A DNA stretch of 35,103 nt from Candidatus Hydrogenedens sp. (GTDB lineage Bacteria; Hydrogenedentota; Hydrogenedentia; Hydrogenedentales; Hydrogenedentaceae). The DNA lies in contig JBMFRC010000029.1 in NCBI GenBank assembly GCA_049968235.1, positions 1 to 35,103 on the forward strand. The letters run 5' to 3'. A program made the translations under genes and the position numbers. Below are positions 1-8,898 of this stretch, piece by piece; within the stretch, counting starts at the first letter, position 1; each line of letters begins with the position of its first letter. Under the pieces are notes generated by a model. It was not told the DNA's origin. It was given only the letters and a program-made list of their open reading frames with translations, and did no database searches.

Positions 1-10
1 TTCTCAACCT

Positions 11-985
11 GTGGGTGAAGGAACCGCTTTCATTACAAACATAGGAAAAACTATTTTTGTGTTTAACTCGAATGAATATGAAAATACTCAACAAACTTTT
101 CAAATTACACATTTACCTGCGCCCGTTCGAAAATTTAGTGCAAATCGGAATGCGGAAGGAGTTGTGATAAAATGGCCCTTTAGGGAAGGAGATATTTCAT
201 ATCAAGTTTACCGTAGGTTCCCCCCCGAAACTTCATTTCAGTTATTGGCTCGAGGTCTGGATTCTAGAGAGTGGAAAGATACATCCGTATTACCTCAACA
301 AACCGTTGCTTATTCTATAACAGCGTTAACATCTGAACAAGAACCCTTTTCAGGAACTGCAAACTATGGGGATTATTTCATTTTTAGTTCTGTTGAAAGT
401 AGAATTGTAGAAGAAGTTGTTCTCGCACCGGAAACATTTGTGGCAGAAAGCGTCCCTATTATTCAGTCAACAAATTTGTTAGGTGGACAAGCAACATGCA
501 AAGACCCTTCGGATGAATTAGAATTAGCCCAAAAAGAACAAGTGAATGTTATTAAAAAAGCGATGGAATTACTTGAATCTGCATTTATAGGAAGAAATGT
601 GGATTCAATAGTGAATTTATTTGCTCCTTCATATAAAGATACTTCTGGTAGAGGTGTGGACTATATCCGTGCTGGATTGGAGTTGTTTCTCCATCAATGT
701 CAATATCCGAAAATTATCTGGCAAGTTCGCCGATGGCTTTTTATTACCACACCAGAGAATCAAACACAAGTAAAGATGGCACTATTTTTAAGGATGAAAG
801 GATACAAAATTTCAGATAGCATGGGTATTAAAGGAAATATCCCTATAGAGATATTATCAGGGATTGATGGCGAAACTACTTTTACATGGGCTTTACAAGA
901 TAATCAATGGAAGATAATTCAGATAGAACCCACTCTTTTTGAAATAAAGCAATTTAACAAATATGATATCCCTGCCTCTGAATAA
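11..985 (+). CDS. Hypothetical protein, possibly 5'-partial. An Fn3-like beta-sandwich segment is followed by an NTF2-like (SnoaL/DUF4440-type) C-terminal domain.
   Basis: ORF-track 324 aa starting at GTG 11. The frame has no stop back to position 2, so the true start may lie upstream of the window. The central segment (WPF..GD.SYQVYRR...TAL) looks like a fibronectin-III fold. The C-terminal ~130 aa resembles NTF2-like folds. This rests on pattern recognition only. Confidence 0.35.
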   Translation: MGEGTAFITNIGKTIFVFNSNEYENTQQTFQITHLPAPVRKFSANRNAEGVVIKWPFREGDISYQVYRRFPPETSFQLLARGLDSREWKDTSVLPQQTVAYSITALTSEQEPFSGTANYGDYFIFSSVESRIVEEVVLAPETFVAESVPIIQSTNLLGGQATCKDPSDELELAQKEQVNVIKKAMELLESAFIGRNVDSIVNLFAPSYKDTSGRGVDYIRAGLELFLHQCQYPKIIWQVRRWLFITTPENQTQVKMALFLRMKGYKISDSMGIKGNIPIEILSGIDGETTFTWALQDNQWKIIQIEPTLFEIKQFNKYDIPASE

Positions 986-1016
986 AACAATATACTTAAT
1001 ACCTGTCCAAATCTTT

Positions 1017-2036
1017 TCAGATAATCTTTTTAACTAATTTCTCAATCTCTGTGTATTTAACGAGAGAATTATAATCAAATAAGCAGCTCATTGCTTTAGA
1101 AACTACCTCTACACCATTTTCTGTTAAAACAGCAATTGGATTTAATCCTGCCAAAACAAGAATACCTGTTCTACCATTGGGAACAGACATATCCATGATC
1201 GGTTGGTTGGGCGTCCCGAATGCAAGAATTCCCCCTAACAAACATTTCTCAACTTCTTTTGACAATTCCTTTGCTTTGTTAAGTGAAACAGAAGGTATCT
1301 CACGGAAACTAACACCGATAACTCCGTTTCCTGTCTTTGTTGCAGACCATACATTTGTCATTCGTCCCCGTATGAAAATTTCAAGTGGGTCTATTGTAGT
1401 TCCGTCATAACTTATGATTTGTGTGAAACGTTTGGGTTCCCCATCTTCTAACTCTACAAGTGTCCCAAAACGGGAAGTCATTGGAATACCATATCGGAGA
1501 AATATCCCATTCAGACTAACACTGCAAATAGTCCCAATGGCTATGTGTTTTTTAGGAACACGAAAAGAACCTAATGTCTGTTCTTCATCAACAATGGTTA
1601 ATAATTTCCCCATACCCAGATTTTTCTCATAAACTTGAGATATTTTATTAATGTATTTAGGGAAATGTTCTTTTTTCAGATAACTAATATTTAATATTAT
1701 GTTCCCCTGTTTTTTTTCAAGGTCAAAATCCATGCGAAATGCTAACTCTTCTACTTTGGAAGAAACAAAACCCACTTTATCTACCGCAAGTTCTGTTTCC
1801 AATTCTTCCCTGCCACGGTTCGTAATTTTTCTCCCTTTTCTACCTAAATTCTCCGTCCAACCCATACGGTCAGTCAGTATCAAATAATCACGAATAGCAC
1901 GGTCTGTTAATTCTATTCCTGATAATCGTAATATTTCAGAAATACGTTCACTACCAATAGGTTCTTCATTGTTTGACAAAACATAAAGTATTGCTTGAAG
2001 TTGCCTTTTTATTTTTATATCACGAAAACTTTTCAT
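1017..2036 (-). CDS. nrpR: NrpR-like transcriptional regulator: an N-terminal RNase-R-type winged helix plus a single NrpR regulatory (DUF128) domain.
   Basis: The N-terminus (ILYVLSNNEEPIGSERISEILRLSGIELTDRAIRDYLILTDRMGWTE..GRKGRKITNRGREEL) matches the NrpR winged-helix consensus (HTH_12 type). The ~340 aa size fits single-domain NrpR homologues. Two GGAA-spacer-TTCC palindromes, the NrpR operator signature, lie in its upstream intergenic region. It is transcribed divergently from gdhA. Confidence 0.55.
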   Translation of the reverse strand: MKSFRDIKIKRQLQAILYVLSNNEEPIGSERISEILRLSGIELTDRAIRDYLILTDRMGWTENLGRKGRKITNRGREELETELAVDKVGFVSSKVEELAFRMDFDLEKKQGNIILNISYLKKEHFPKYINKISQVYEKNLGMGKLLTIVDEEQTLGSFRVPKKHIAIGTICSVSLNGIFLRYGIPMTSRFGTLVELEDGEPKRFTQIISYDGTTIDPLEIFIRGRMTNVWSATKTGNGVIGVSFREIPSVSLNKAKELSKEVEKCLLGGILAFGTPNQPIMDMSVPNGRTGILVLAGLNPIAVLTENGVEVVSKAMSCLFDYNSLVKYTEIEKLVKKII

Positions 2037-2057
2037 AATAGTCTCCCTAAGACTAAA

Positions 2058-2075
2058 AGCGGAAATATTTCCGCT
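2058..2075. promoter_or_regulatory. Perfect 18-bp palindrome AGCGGAAATATTTCCGCT (GGAA-N4-TTCC core). Candidate NrpR operator in the nrpR leader, possibly autoregulatory.
   Basis: Read directly: positions 2058-2075 are self-complementary. This lies 22 bp upstream of the nrpR start codon at 2036. Its half-site CGGAA and flank TTCCGCT are shared with the second palindrome at 2178-2193. Confidence 0.45.
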
Positions 2076-2139
2076 TATTTATTTATATCATATTTTACAC
2101 AAAACAAAATATATCGTCAAAATATCTATATAATTTGAT

Positions 2140-2170
2140 TTGAAAACATTAAATTATTTGTATTATAGTA
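2140..2170 (+). promoter_or_regulatory. Putative sigma70-type promoter of gdhA: TTGAAA -35, then a TATTAT/TATAGT -10 region with a TG just upstream.
   Basis: TTGAAA is at 2140-2145. TGTATTATAGT is at 2159-2169 after a 15-19 bp spacer. The GGAA-N6-TTCC palindrome follows immediately downstream. The RBS AAGGAG at 2234-2239 sits 6 nt before the ATG at 2246. Confidence 0.3.
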
Positions 2171-2177
2171 TCCAAAT

Positions 2178-2193
2178 CGGAAGTGTGCTTCCG
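2178..2193. promoter_or_regulatory. Palindrome CGGAAGTGTGCTTCCG, an exact GGAA-N6-TTCC. Candidate NrpR operator overlapping the start region of the gdhA promoter.
   Basis: Read directly: CGGAAG (2178-2183) and CTTCCG (2188-2193) are reverse complements around a TGTG spacer. GGAA-N6-TTCC is the published NrpR operator consensus in methanogens. The site lies just 3' of the predicted -10 and ~50 bp upstream of the gdhA ATG. Confidence 0.5.
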
Positions 2194-2221
2194 CTAACTT
2201 ACTGTTTATTACTAATAATAA

Positions 2222-3589
<1,368 letters not shown>

Positions 3590-3631
3590 TCACATTTTAT
3601 ATCGAATAAGTTTTATCCTTGAAAATAAAAA

Positions 3632-3658
3632 TCAGGGGCGTAATTCATACGCCCCTGA
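3632..3658. terminator. Bidirectional intrinsic terminator between convergent gdhA and the bifunctional-nuclease gene.
   Basis: An 11-bp perfect stem TCAGGGGCGTA/TACGCCCCTGA surrounds the loop ATTCA. A T-rich tract lies on the minus-strand side (AAAATAAAAA on plus) and a weaker one on the plus side. Confidence 0.6.
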
Positions 3659-3683
3659 TAATCTTTAATGGTATTTACTACGA

Positions 3684-4184
3684 CTAAAAAGTATCATCCT
3701 CATCTTCCTCGTCATTATCCAATCCTTCGCCGTGTTCATCTTCGTGGTCTTCGTTATCTTCAACCTGAAATTCAATTTCACGACTTGCTGTATCCATAAC
3801 CTCTTCTGCTACAAAGATAGGACACCCTATCCGTATTGCAATAGCAATACTATCACTGGGACGGGCATCAATTTTTAATATCTGTTCAATTTGCCCCTCT
3901 GCGTTCTTCTGCTCAATATTCATATGCGCAAAAAAAGTGTCGTTTTCTAACTTGTATATAGTTACCGATTGTAATCGGGCTCTAAGACCAGCAAGTAAAT
4001 TACAAATTAAATCGTGAGTTAATGGACGAATAGGTTTTTCTCTCATTTGTGCCATTTGTATAGAAACCGCTTCGGGAATGCCCACTAAAATTGGCAAAAT
4101 TCTTCCATCAGATTCTAATAGCACCAGAGCTCCACCTGTATCATTGGGAGTTTTGGTTACCGCAAGTAATTTCACTTCTATCAT
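3684..4184 (-). CDS. Bifunctional nuclease (BFN/DUF151) family protein with a highly acidic C-terminal tail.
   Basis: 166 aa. Its N-terminal ~130 aa resemble the DUF151 bifunctional DNase/RNase fold (LVLLESDGRILPI.VG..EA..I...). The C-terminus is DNEDHEDEHGEGLDNDEEDEDD. Confidence 0.5.
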   Translation of the reverse strand: MIEVKLLAVTKTPNDTGGALVLLESDGRILPILVGIPEAVSIQMAQMREKPIRPLTHDLICNLLAGLRARLQSVTIYKLENDTFFAHMNIEQKNAEGQIEQILKIDARPSDSIAIAIRIGCPIFVAEEVMDTASREIEFQVEDNEDHEDEHGEGLDNDEEDEDDTF

Positions 4185-4311
4185 TAAATTATCCTTTTCT
4201 AATTATAATGTTTATCTTTTCATTATAACATGTATTTTATCGATTTCATTATAAATACCTTTTTAATTTAGTTGTTGAATTTTTTAATCTATGATTTTAG
4301 AGATAATAAAA

Positions 4312-4779
4312 TTACTTAGATTTTTGACGAATTTCTTGAAAGAATTTTGTTAGAAGTGAACCACATTCATCGGCACAAATACCGGGAACAACGATAGGCT
4401 GATGATTAAATCGAGTATCAGCCAGGAGGTTCATCAAGGTTCCACAACACCCTGCTTTAGGGTCCATAGCACCAAAATAAACTTCAGGAATCCGTGATAA
4501 TATAATAGCCCCCGCACACATAGGGCAGGGTTCTAATGTTACATACATTCTTGTGTTTTCCAATCGCCAACTTCCCAATGCAGAAGAAGCTGAAGTAATG
4601 GCTAACATTTCCGCATGTGCTGTAGGGTCCTGCAACTTTTCTCTTTGATTATATCCACGGGCTATAATAGAATTGTTATATACAATTATACAACCAACAG
4701 GAACTTCTCCCTGTTCGTATGCCTTCTGTGCTTCCGAAAGAGCCTGTCGCATATAATATTCATGAGATATATTAAACAT
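4312..4779 (-). CDS. tadA: tRNA-specific adenosine deaminase (tRNA A34 deaminase).
   Basis: 155 aa. It carries the CDA-fold zinc motifs HAEMLAI and PCPMCAGAI, and its size is typical of TadA. Confidence 0.9.
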   Translation of the reverse strand: MFNISHEYYMRQALSEAQKAYEQGEVPVGCIIVYNNSIIARGYNQREKLQDPTAHAEMLAITSASSALGSWRLENTRMYVTLEPCPMCAGAIILSRIPEVYFGAMDPKAGCCGTLMNLLADTRFNHQPIVVPGICADECGSLLTKFFQEIRQKSK

Positions 4780-4852
4780 ACGCTAATAAATAATATCTCC
4801 TATCTCGTTCTTTTATAGTAAAACTTTCATATTTTAACATAAAGATAAACAG

Positions 4853-5659
4853 ATGAAATATTCCCAGCAATTAGAATTTTGCTTTGAAGATGCTGTAATA
4901 AATACCACAAGAGATAAACCTATTGCAAAACCTGCAATTACTATCGATGAATCTCCGAAGGATGTAAAAAAAATCGAAATATTCGTAAATAATCTTCAAA
5001 AAGACCCATGTATTAAAGAAGTGTCTATAAAAAGCATAGGAAAGAAAATAGAAATTAACATTAAATATCATTATGGGAAAGACAAGACTTATTGGGCTTA
5101 CCCTTCTCTATTAGATGCCAACAACGAAGAATTTGAAATCATTAGAAAAATCTTTACACATCAAAATATTTCTCCCGCTATCTCTATGCCTCTAATAAAA
5201 AAACATTTAATTTTTCGTCCCTGTCATTGGAAATTAAACTGGACACCCGAAGGAAAACATTACAATTTAGAAAATTATTTCAATGAACTTAATCGCAAAT
5301 ATTTCATGGGTAAATTAAAAAACAAGATTTATTGGTCTAAAAGGAAATTTTTATCAAATAGAATAAGGAAACAATATCGATTTTGTCTGGGTTTTTTCTG
5401 TAAAGGTTGTTTGCAAATATTTATTAGCCCATTACTCGATACCGATAAAATACCCAATATAATATTAGAGGTAATTGTATATCACGAAATGGTCCATGCA
5501 TACCTTTTTAATGACTTTCCCCACAGTGATAAATCCCATGGTAAAAAATTTAAACAACTGTATTCCCTGCATCCCCATGTAATAGAAGTAGAAAAGATTC
5601 TTAAAACTCCTGGAATTTATAAAATATTAAGAAAAGAAGCCACTCAAAAATCTTTATAA
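4853..5659 (+). CDS. SprT-like zinc metallopeptidase family protein.
   Basis: 268 aa. It has a C-terminal HExxH motif (VIVYHEMVHAYL) followed by a downstream HGKKFKQL. This is the SprT-like arrangement (HEmcH ... HG..F). The N-terminal ~150 aa are of unknown function. Confidence 0.5.
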   Translation: MKYSQQLEFCFEDAVINTTRDKPIAKPAITIDESPKDVKKIEIFVNNLQKDPCIKEVSIKSIGKKIEINIKYHYGKDKTYWAYPSLLDANNEEFEIIRKIFTHQNISPAISMPLIKKHLIFRPCHWKLNWTPEGKHYNLENYFNELNRKYFMGKLKNKIYWSKRKFLSNRIRKQYRFCLGFFCKGCLQIFISPLLDTDKIPNIILEVIVYHEMVHAYLFNDFPHSDKSHGKKFKQLYSLHPHVIEVEKILKTPGIYKILRKEATQKSL

Positions 5660-5671
5660 GTAAGTTCTGGT

Positions 5672-6211
5672 ATGAAATATAAAATTGTATTATCTGTTAT
5701 TGTTTTACTTTCAATGATAGGTAGTGTATATGGAGGATATAAAATTACACGGTTTCTCTTTACTAATTATGCCAAGCCTTTTTCCATACCTTCGGAAGAA
5801 TTAAACGATTATGAAGATTTGTGGCTATCTGTATCCATTTTATCGGACATATTAACAGAATATAATAAGCGAATGAAGGAAAAAGGAAATGCTTTTGCTC
5901 TAAAAGAGAGAGAGTGGATAATTCATAGTGCCCAGCCAACATTACAAAAGATAAAAGAGAAAATATTAGAAAAGCAAAATCAAAAAAGACAACGCTCAGA
6001 AAAAGTAGAAATATTATTTAGACAAATCCAATATTTAAGTGAGCGAATAAATACTATGTTTCAATTTCCCGCAGATGAATCCTTAAAAAAAGCCGTTTTT
6101 GCCGATTTTTATCAATATTTATGTTTATTACACGAATATATTGAACAGAAAAAACTCCAGAGACTTATTCCTACAAGTAGAATCGTGGTAAGATTTCAAA
6201 AAAACTTGTAA
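5672..6211 (+). CDS. Hypothetical membrane-anchored protein with a single N-terminal TM helix or signal anchor and a K/E/Q-rich helical region.
   Basis: 179 aa. The N-terminal hydrophobic segment is IVLSVIVLLSMIGSVYGG. The remainder looks like a charged coiled coil. The gene lies 12 bp after the SprT-like gene and is probably co-transcribed with it. No recognisable family. Confidence 0.35.
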   Translation: MKYKIVLSVIVLLSMIGSVYGGYKITRFLFTNYAKPFSIPSEELNDYEDLWLSVSILSDILTEYNKRMKEKGNAFALKEREWIIHSAQPTLQKIKEKILEKQNQKRQRSEKVEILFRQIQYLSERINTMFQFPADESLKKAVFADFYQYLCLLHEYIEQKKLQRLIPTSRIVVRFQKNL

Positions 6212-6287
6212 ATTATGGAAGTCTTTATATGTAACAAATTTAAATAATAATTGTATACCTAAGTAAAGAAAATATCTGGAACGAGAA

Positions 6288-6923
6288 ATGACAAAAACAT
6301 CCGATAATAAAGCATTTGATGATAATCCTCGTTCTTCATACTCAGATGAAGCACTCATGTCGCTTCTTGTTCGAGGCGAAGAAATGGCTTTAACCGAACT
6401 TGTTCAGCGGTATCAGAACGAGGTGTTCCGTTTCTGTTACCATTATCTACGGGATATAGAAAAAGCCAAAGATGCTGTCCAGGAGGTTTTTTTACGCCTC
6501 TATATTGCAAGAGACCGCTATGATAATGAAAAAAGTTTTAAACCATGGATGTTATGTATTGCCCGAAATTTATGTCTAAATGAATTAAAACGGCAAAAAT
6601 TGGTCCATTTTGAAACGTTCGAAGGCTATATTGAAAATCAGAGTCGTGAGAACGAAGAAGAGATAGAAGGAATAGACATTCCAAAGACATTAACACCTTT
6701 TGAACAACTTGTAATTAAAGAAAAACAAAAAATTTTATGGGAGGAACTTAATGACCTACCTGAGGAAGCACGTGAAATTGTTGTATTAAGATACTTCGAA
6801 CGGTTACATGCGAGGGATATAGCAGAAATAATGGGTTCCACAGAAGGAGCCGTCCGTACAAGACTTCATCGGGTACTGAAATATTTAAAAGAGCGTCTGG
6901 ATGCACGGGGGGGATTTCAATGA
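6288..6923 (+). CDS. RNA polymerase sigma-70 factor, ECF subfamily.
   Basis: 211 aa. Region 2 (FRFCYHYLRD..AKDAVQEVFLRLY) and region 4 HTH (LPEEAREIVVLRYFERLHARDIAEIMGSTEGAVRTRLHR) are present. It is translationally coupled (ATGA overlap at 6920-6923) to an anti-sigma-like gene. Confidence 0.9.
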   Translation: MTKTSDNKAFDDNPRSSYSDEALMSLLVRGEEMALTELVQRYQNEVFRFCYHYLRDIEKAKDAVQEVFLRLYIARDRYDNEKSFKPWMLCIARNLCLNELKRQKLVHFETFEGYIENQSRENEEEIEGIDIPKTLTPFEQLVIKEKQKILWEELNDLPEEAREIVVLRYFERLHARDIAEIMGSTEGAVRTRLHRVLKYLKERLDARGGFQ

Positions 6924-8875
6924 ATAATGAATGTGAGAAATATAGAAATCTGATTTTAGAAAATCTCGAAAATAATTGCGAAGAAATTTATTTGCCAGAG
7001 CATATGCATCTTTGCCCTTCCTGCTTGGCTTTCTATAATGATATACAAAAATTAAAAAATAATTTAGAAACACTTGGTCTTATAATTAAAGAAACAATTC
7101 CCAAAATAGATGTCAGTGAAAATATAAAAAATGAATTGAAAAAGATAAAGAACGGTGAAATAGTAGTTCGGAAAATTGTAGAGCAAGAAGATAATATTCC
7201 GGAATTTGCAGAATGGTATGCATATATCGAAAATGACATAGATGAAGTAGCACGCTATCGTTGCGAATTAAGGATGGAAAAATCTTCACATGCAAAACAA
7301 GAAATAGAAAATTTAATAACAATACACCATGCCATAGATGAAATAGGTAGGTCATGGGAATGCCCTACCTTAAATGAAGATTTAACATACTGTATTATGG
7401 AGAAAGTCCACGAGTATAAATTATTTACTTCAATAGAAGAGAAGCATAGCGAAATAGATGTAATAGAAGAGCAACTCTATGAACTTTCTCATGTAGTTTC
7501 AGATTCTATCCGGGATATAGACATTGCCTCTAAAGTTGCAAAAAAGGCAAAGGAAATTTCACTGAAACAATCTAAGAAAGAAAAATCACCGCAAAATATA
7601 GTTAGCATTCTCTCTGTTAGAAAAGAAAAAGAAAACAAGAAATATTCTTTCAGTAATTATGTTATTCCTATTGCTATTGCGGTTGTGTTATGTCTTACTC
7701 TTTTAGGTGTTTATTTAAATAATTATTTTACTCAGGTTGATGATATAAAACAGGTTCAGGTTGCAACGAAGGAGATAGGAAAAGAAGGGCAATCATCATC
7801 AAAAATGGGTTTATATGAAACAACAGAACCCTTTTATATGAAGGGTAATAATATACTTGTTGAAAAAATCGGAAAAGATACAGAAAAAAGAACAAAGAAT
7901 AGAAAAAATAACTACGCCGAAGGGTTATTAAGTAATTGGACAAAACAGTTGAAAAATAATGCCCTAGAAAATGCAGGAAAATTAATGCGAATGGGAGTTT
8001 GGGCAACTCTTACCCCGGAAGAAGCCCGTGCATTACTACAAAAATCAGGACTTTCACCAGAAGCGGTATTAGGTGCTGTCCAATTTCTTCCCCCTGATGA
8101 GGCACGTGTAGTCCTTCAGGCGGCAATAGATAATAATCCCAACGATGCCTATTTAAGATATGCTATGGTCCAGACTTTGATGAAAATGGATAATGTATCT
8201 GAAGACGAATTGTATACACATTTGACGACATGGAGTCAATTAGACCCGGGGAATGCACTTCCGCATTTTATAGAAGCGGAGTTGTATTTCCAAAATGGAG
8301 AAAAAGACAAAGCACTCACCTGTGTTACGGATGCGGGGAATACATCCAATTACAATTCCTATGCGGCAATAACTGCAAAAGTATATATGGAAGCGTTGTT
8401 AGCAAAAGGTGTAGACCCTGAAACCGCTAAATTATTAGCATCCGCATCTATGGGGCTTCGTGAAGTTCAGACGATAGAAGAGATTGCACAAACTTTAATG
8501 GAATATGGAAGGGCTTATGAAGAGGCAGGAGATTATAACACCGCATTATTAATATATGAAGCCTTGCGAAGTTTAGGAATTAAAGTAGATATGAGTTCTG
8601 CTTTAATTCAAGAAAAATTAGCGGGCTTAAAATATACACAAGAGGCTATTAACGCTATGTTTCGTCTGATGAATACTACGAACTCATTCTCAGATACACA
8701 ATCTCTTATTGACTTTACTCAGACCCTTAGTGAAATGATAACAAACTACAATTTAGCAATGGATAGTTTCTATAAACTATTTGATAATTCAGACCCGACT
8801 GAGATTCTTCAAATATTAAATCTTTACCTTGCCAATGGGAACACTTCTATCCCCTTAAATTTATCTAATAAATAA
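6920..8875 (+). CDS. Anti-sigma factor with a zf-HC2-type N-terminal zinc finger, a single TM helix and a large extracytoplasmic helical (TPR-like) C-terminal domain.
   Basis: 651 aa. It has an H-x3-C-x2-C motif (EHMHLCPSCLAF) near the N-terminus, typical of ECF anti-sigma factors. Its 4-nt overlap with the sigma gene indicates coupling. A hydrophobic helix YVIPIAIAVVLCLTLLGVYL lies at about aa 245-268. The ~390-aa alpha-helical C-terminal region is of unknown specificity. Confidence 0.6.
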   Translation: MNNECEKYRNLILENLENNCEEIYLPEHMHLCPSCLAFYNDIQKLKNNLETLGLIIKETIPKIDVSENIKNELKKIKNGEIVVRKIVEQEDNIPEFAEWYAYIENDIDEVARYRCELRMEKSSHAKQEIENLITIHHAIDEIGRSWECPTLNEDLTYCIMEKVHEYKLFTSIEEKHSEIDVIEEQLYELSHVVSDSIRDIDIASKVAKKAKEISLKQSKKEKSPQNIVSILSVRKEKENKKYSFSNYVIPIAIAVVLCLTLLGVYLNNYFTQVDDIKQVQVATKEIGKEGQSSSKMGLYETTEPFYMKGNNILVEKIGKDTEKRTKNRKNNYAEGLLSNWTKQLKNNALENAGKLMRMGVWATLTPEEARALLQKSGLSPEAVLGAVQFLPPDEARVVLQAAIDNNPNDAYLRYAMVQTLMKMDNVSEDELYTHLTTWSQLDPGNALPHFIEAELYFQNGEKDKALTCVTDAGNTSNYNSYAAITAKVYMEALLAKGVDPETAKLLASASMGLREVQTIEEIAQTLMEYGRAYEEAGDYNTALLIYEALRSLGIKVDMSSALIQEKLAGLKYTQEAINAMFRLMNTTNSFSDTQSLIDFTQTLSEMITNYNLAMDSFYKLFDNSDPTEILQILNLYLANGNTSIPLNLSNK

Positions 8876-8898
8876 CTTTTTAAGATTACACTAATACT

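Noticed and set aside
1177-1887. Three plus-strand ORFs (77, 72 and 62 aa) inside and antisense to the NrpR-like gene.
   Set aside because: They are low-complexity, non-conserved translations fully embedded in a longer, motif-bearing gene on the opposite strand. They are typical antisense artefacts of AT-rich DNA.
6212-6287. GGAAC near the ECF sigma start (ctggaacgagaaATG) as an ECF -35 autoregulatory element.
   Set aside because: It lies within ~10 nt of the start codon, so it cannot serve as a -35 element. It more likely contributes a weak RBS. No convincing AAC-N16-CGT promoter was seen further upstream.
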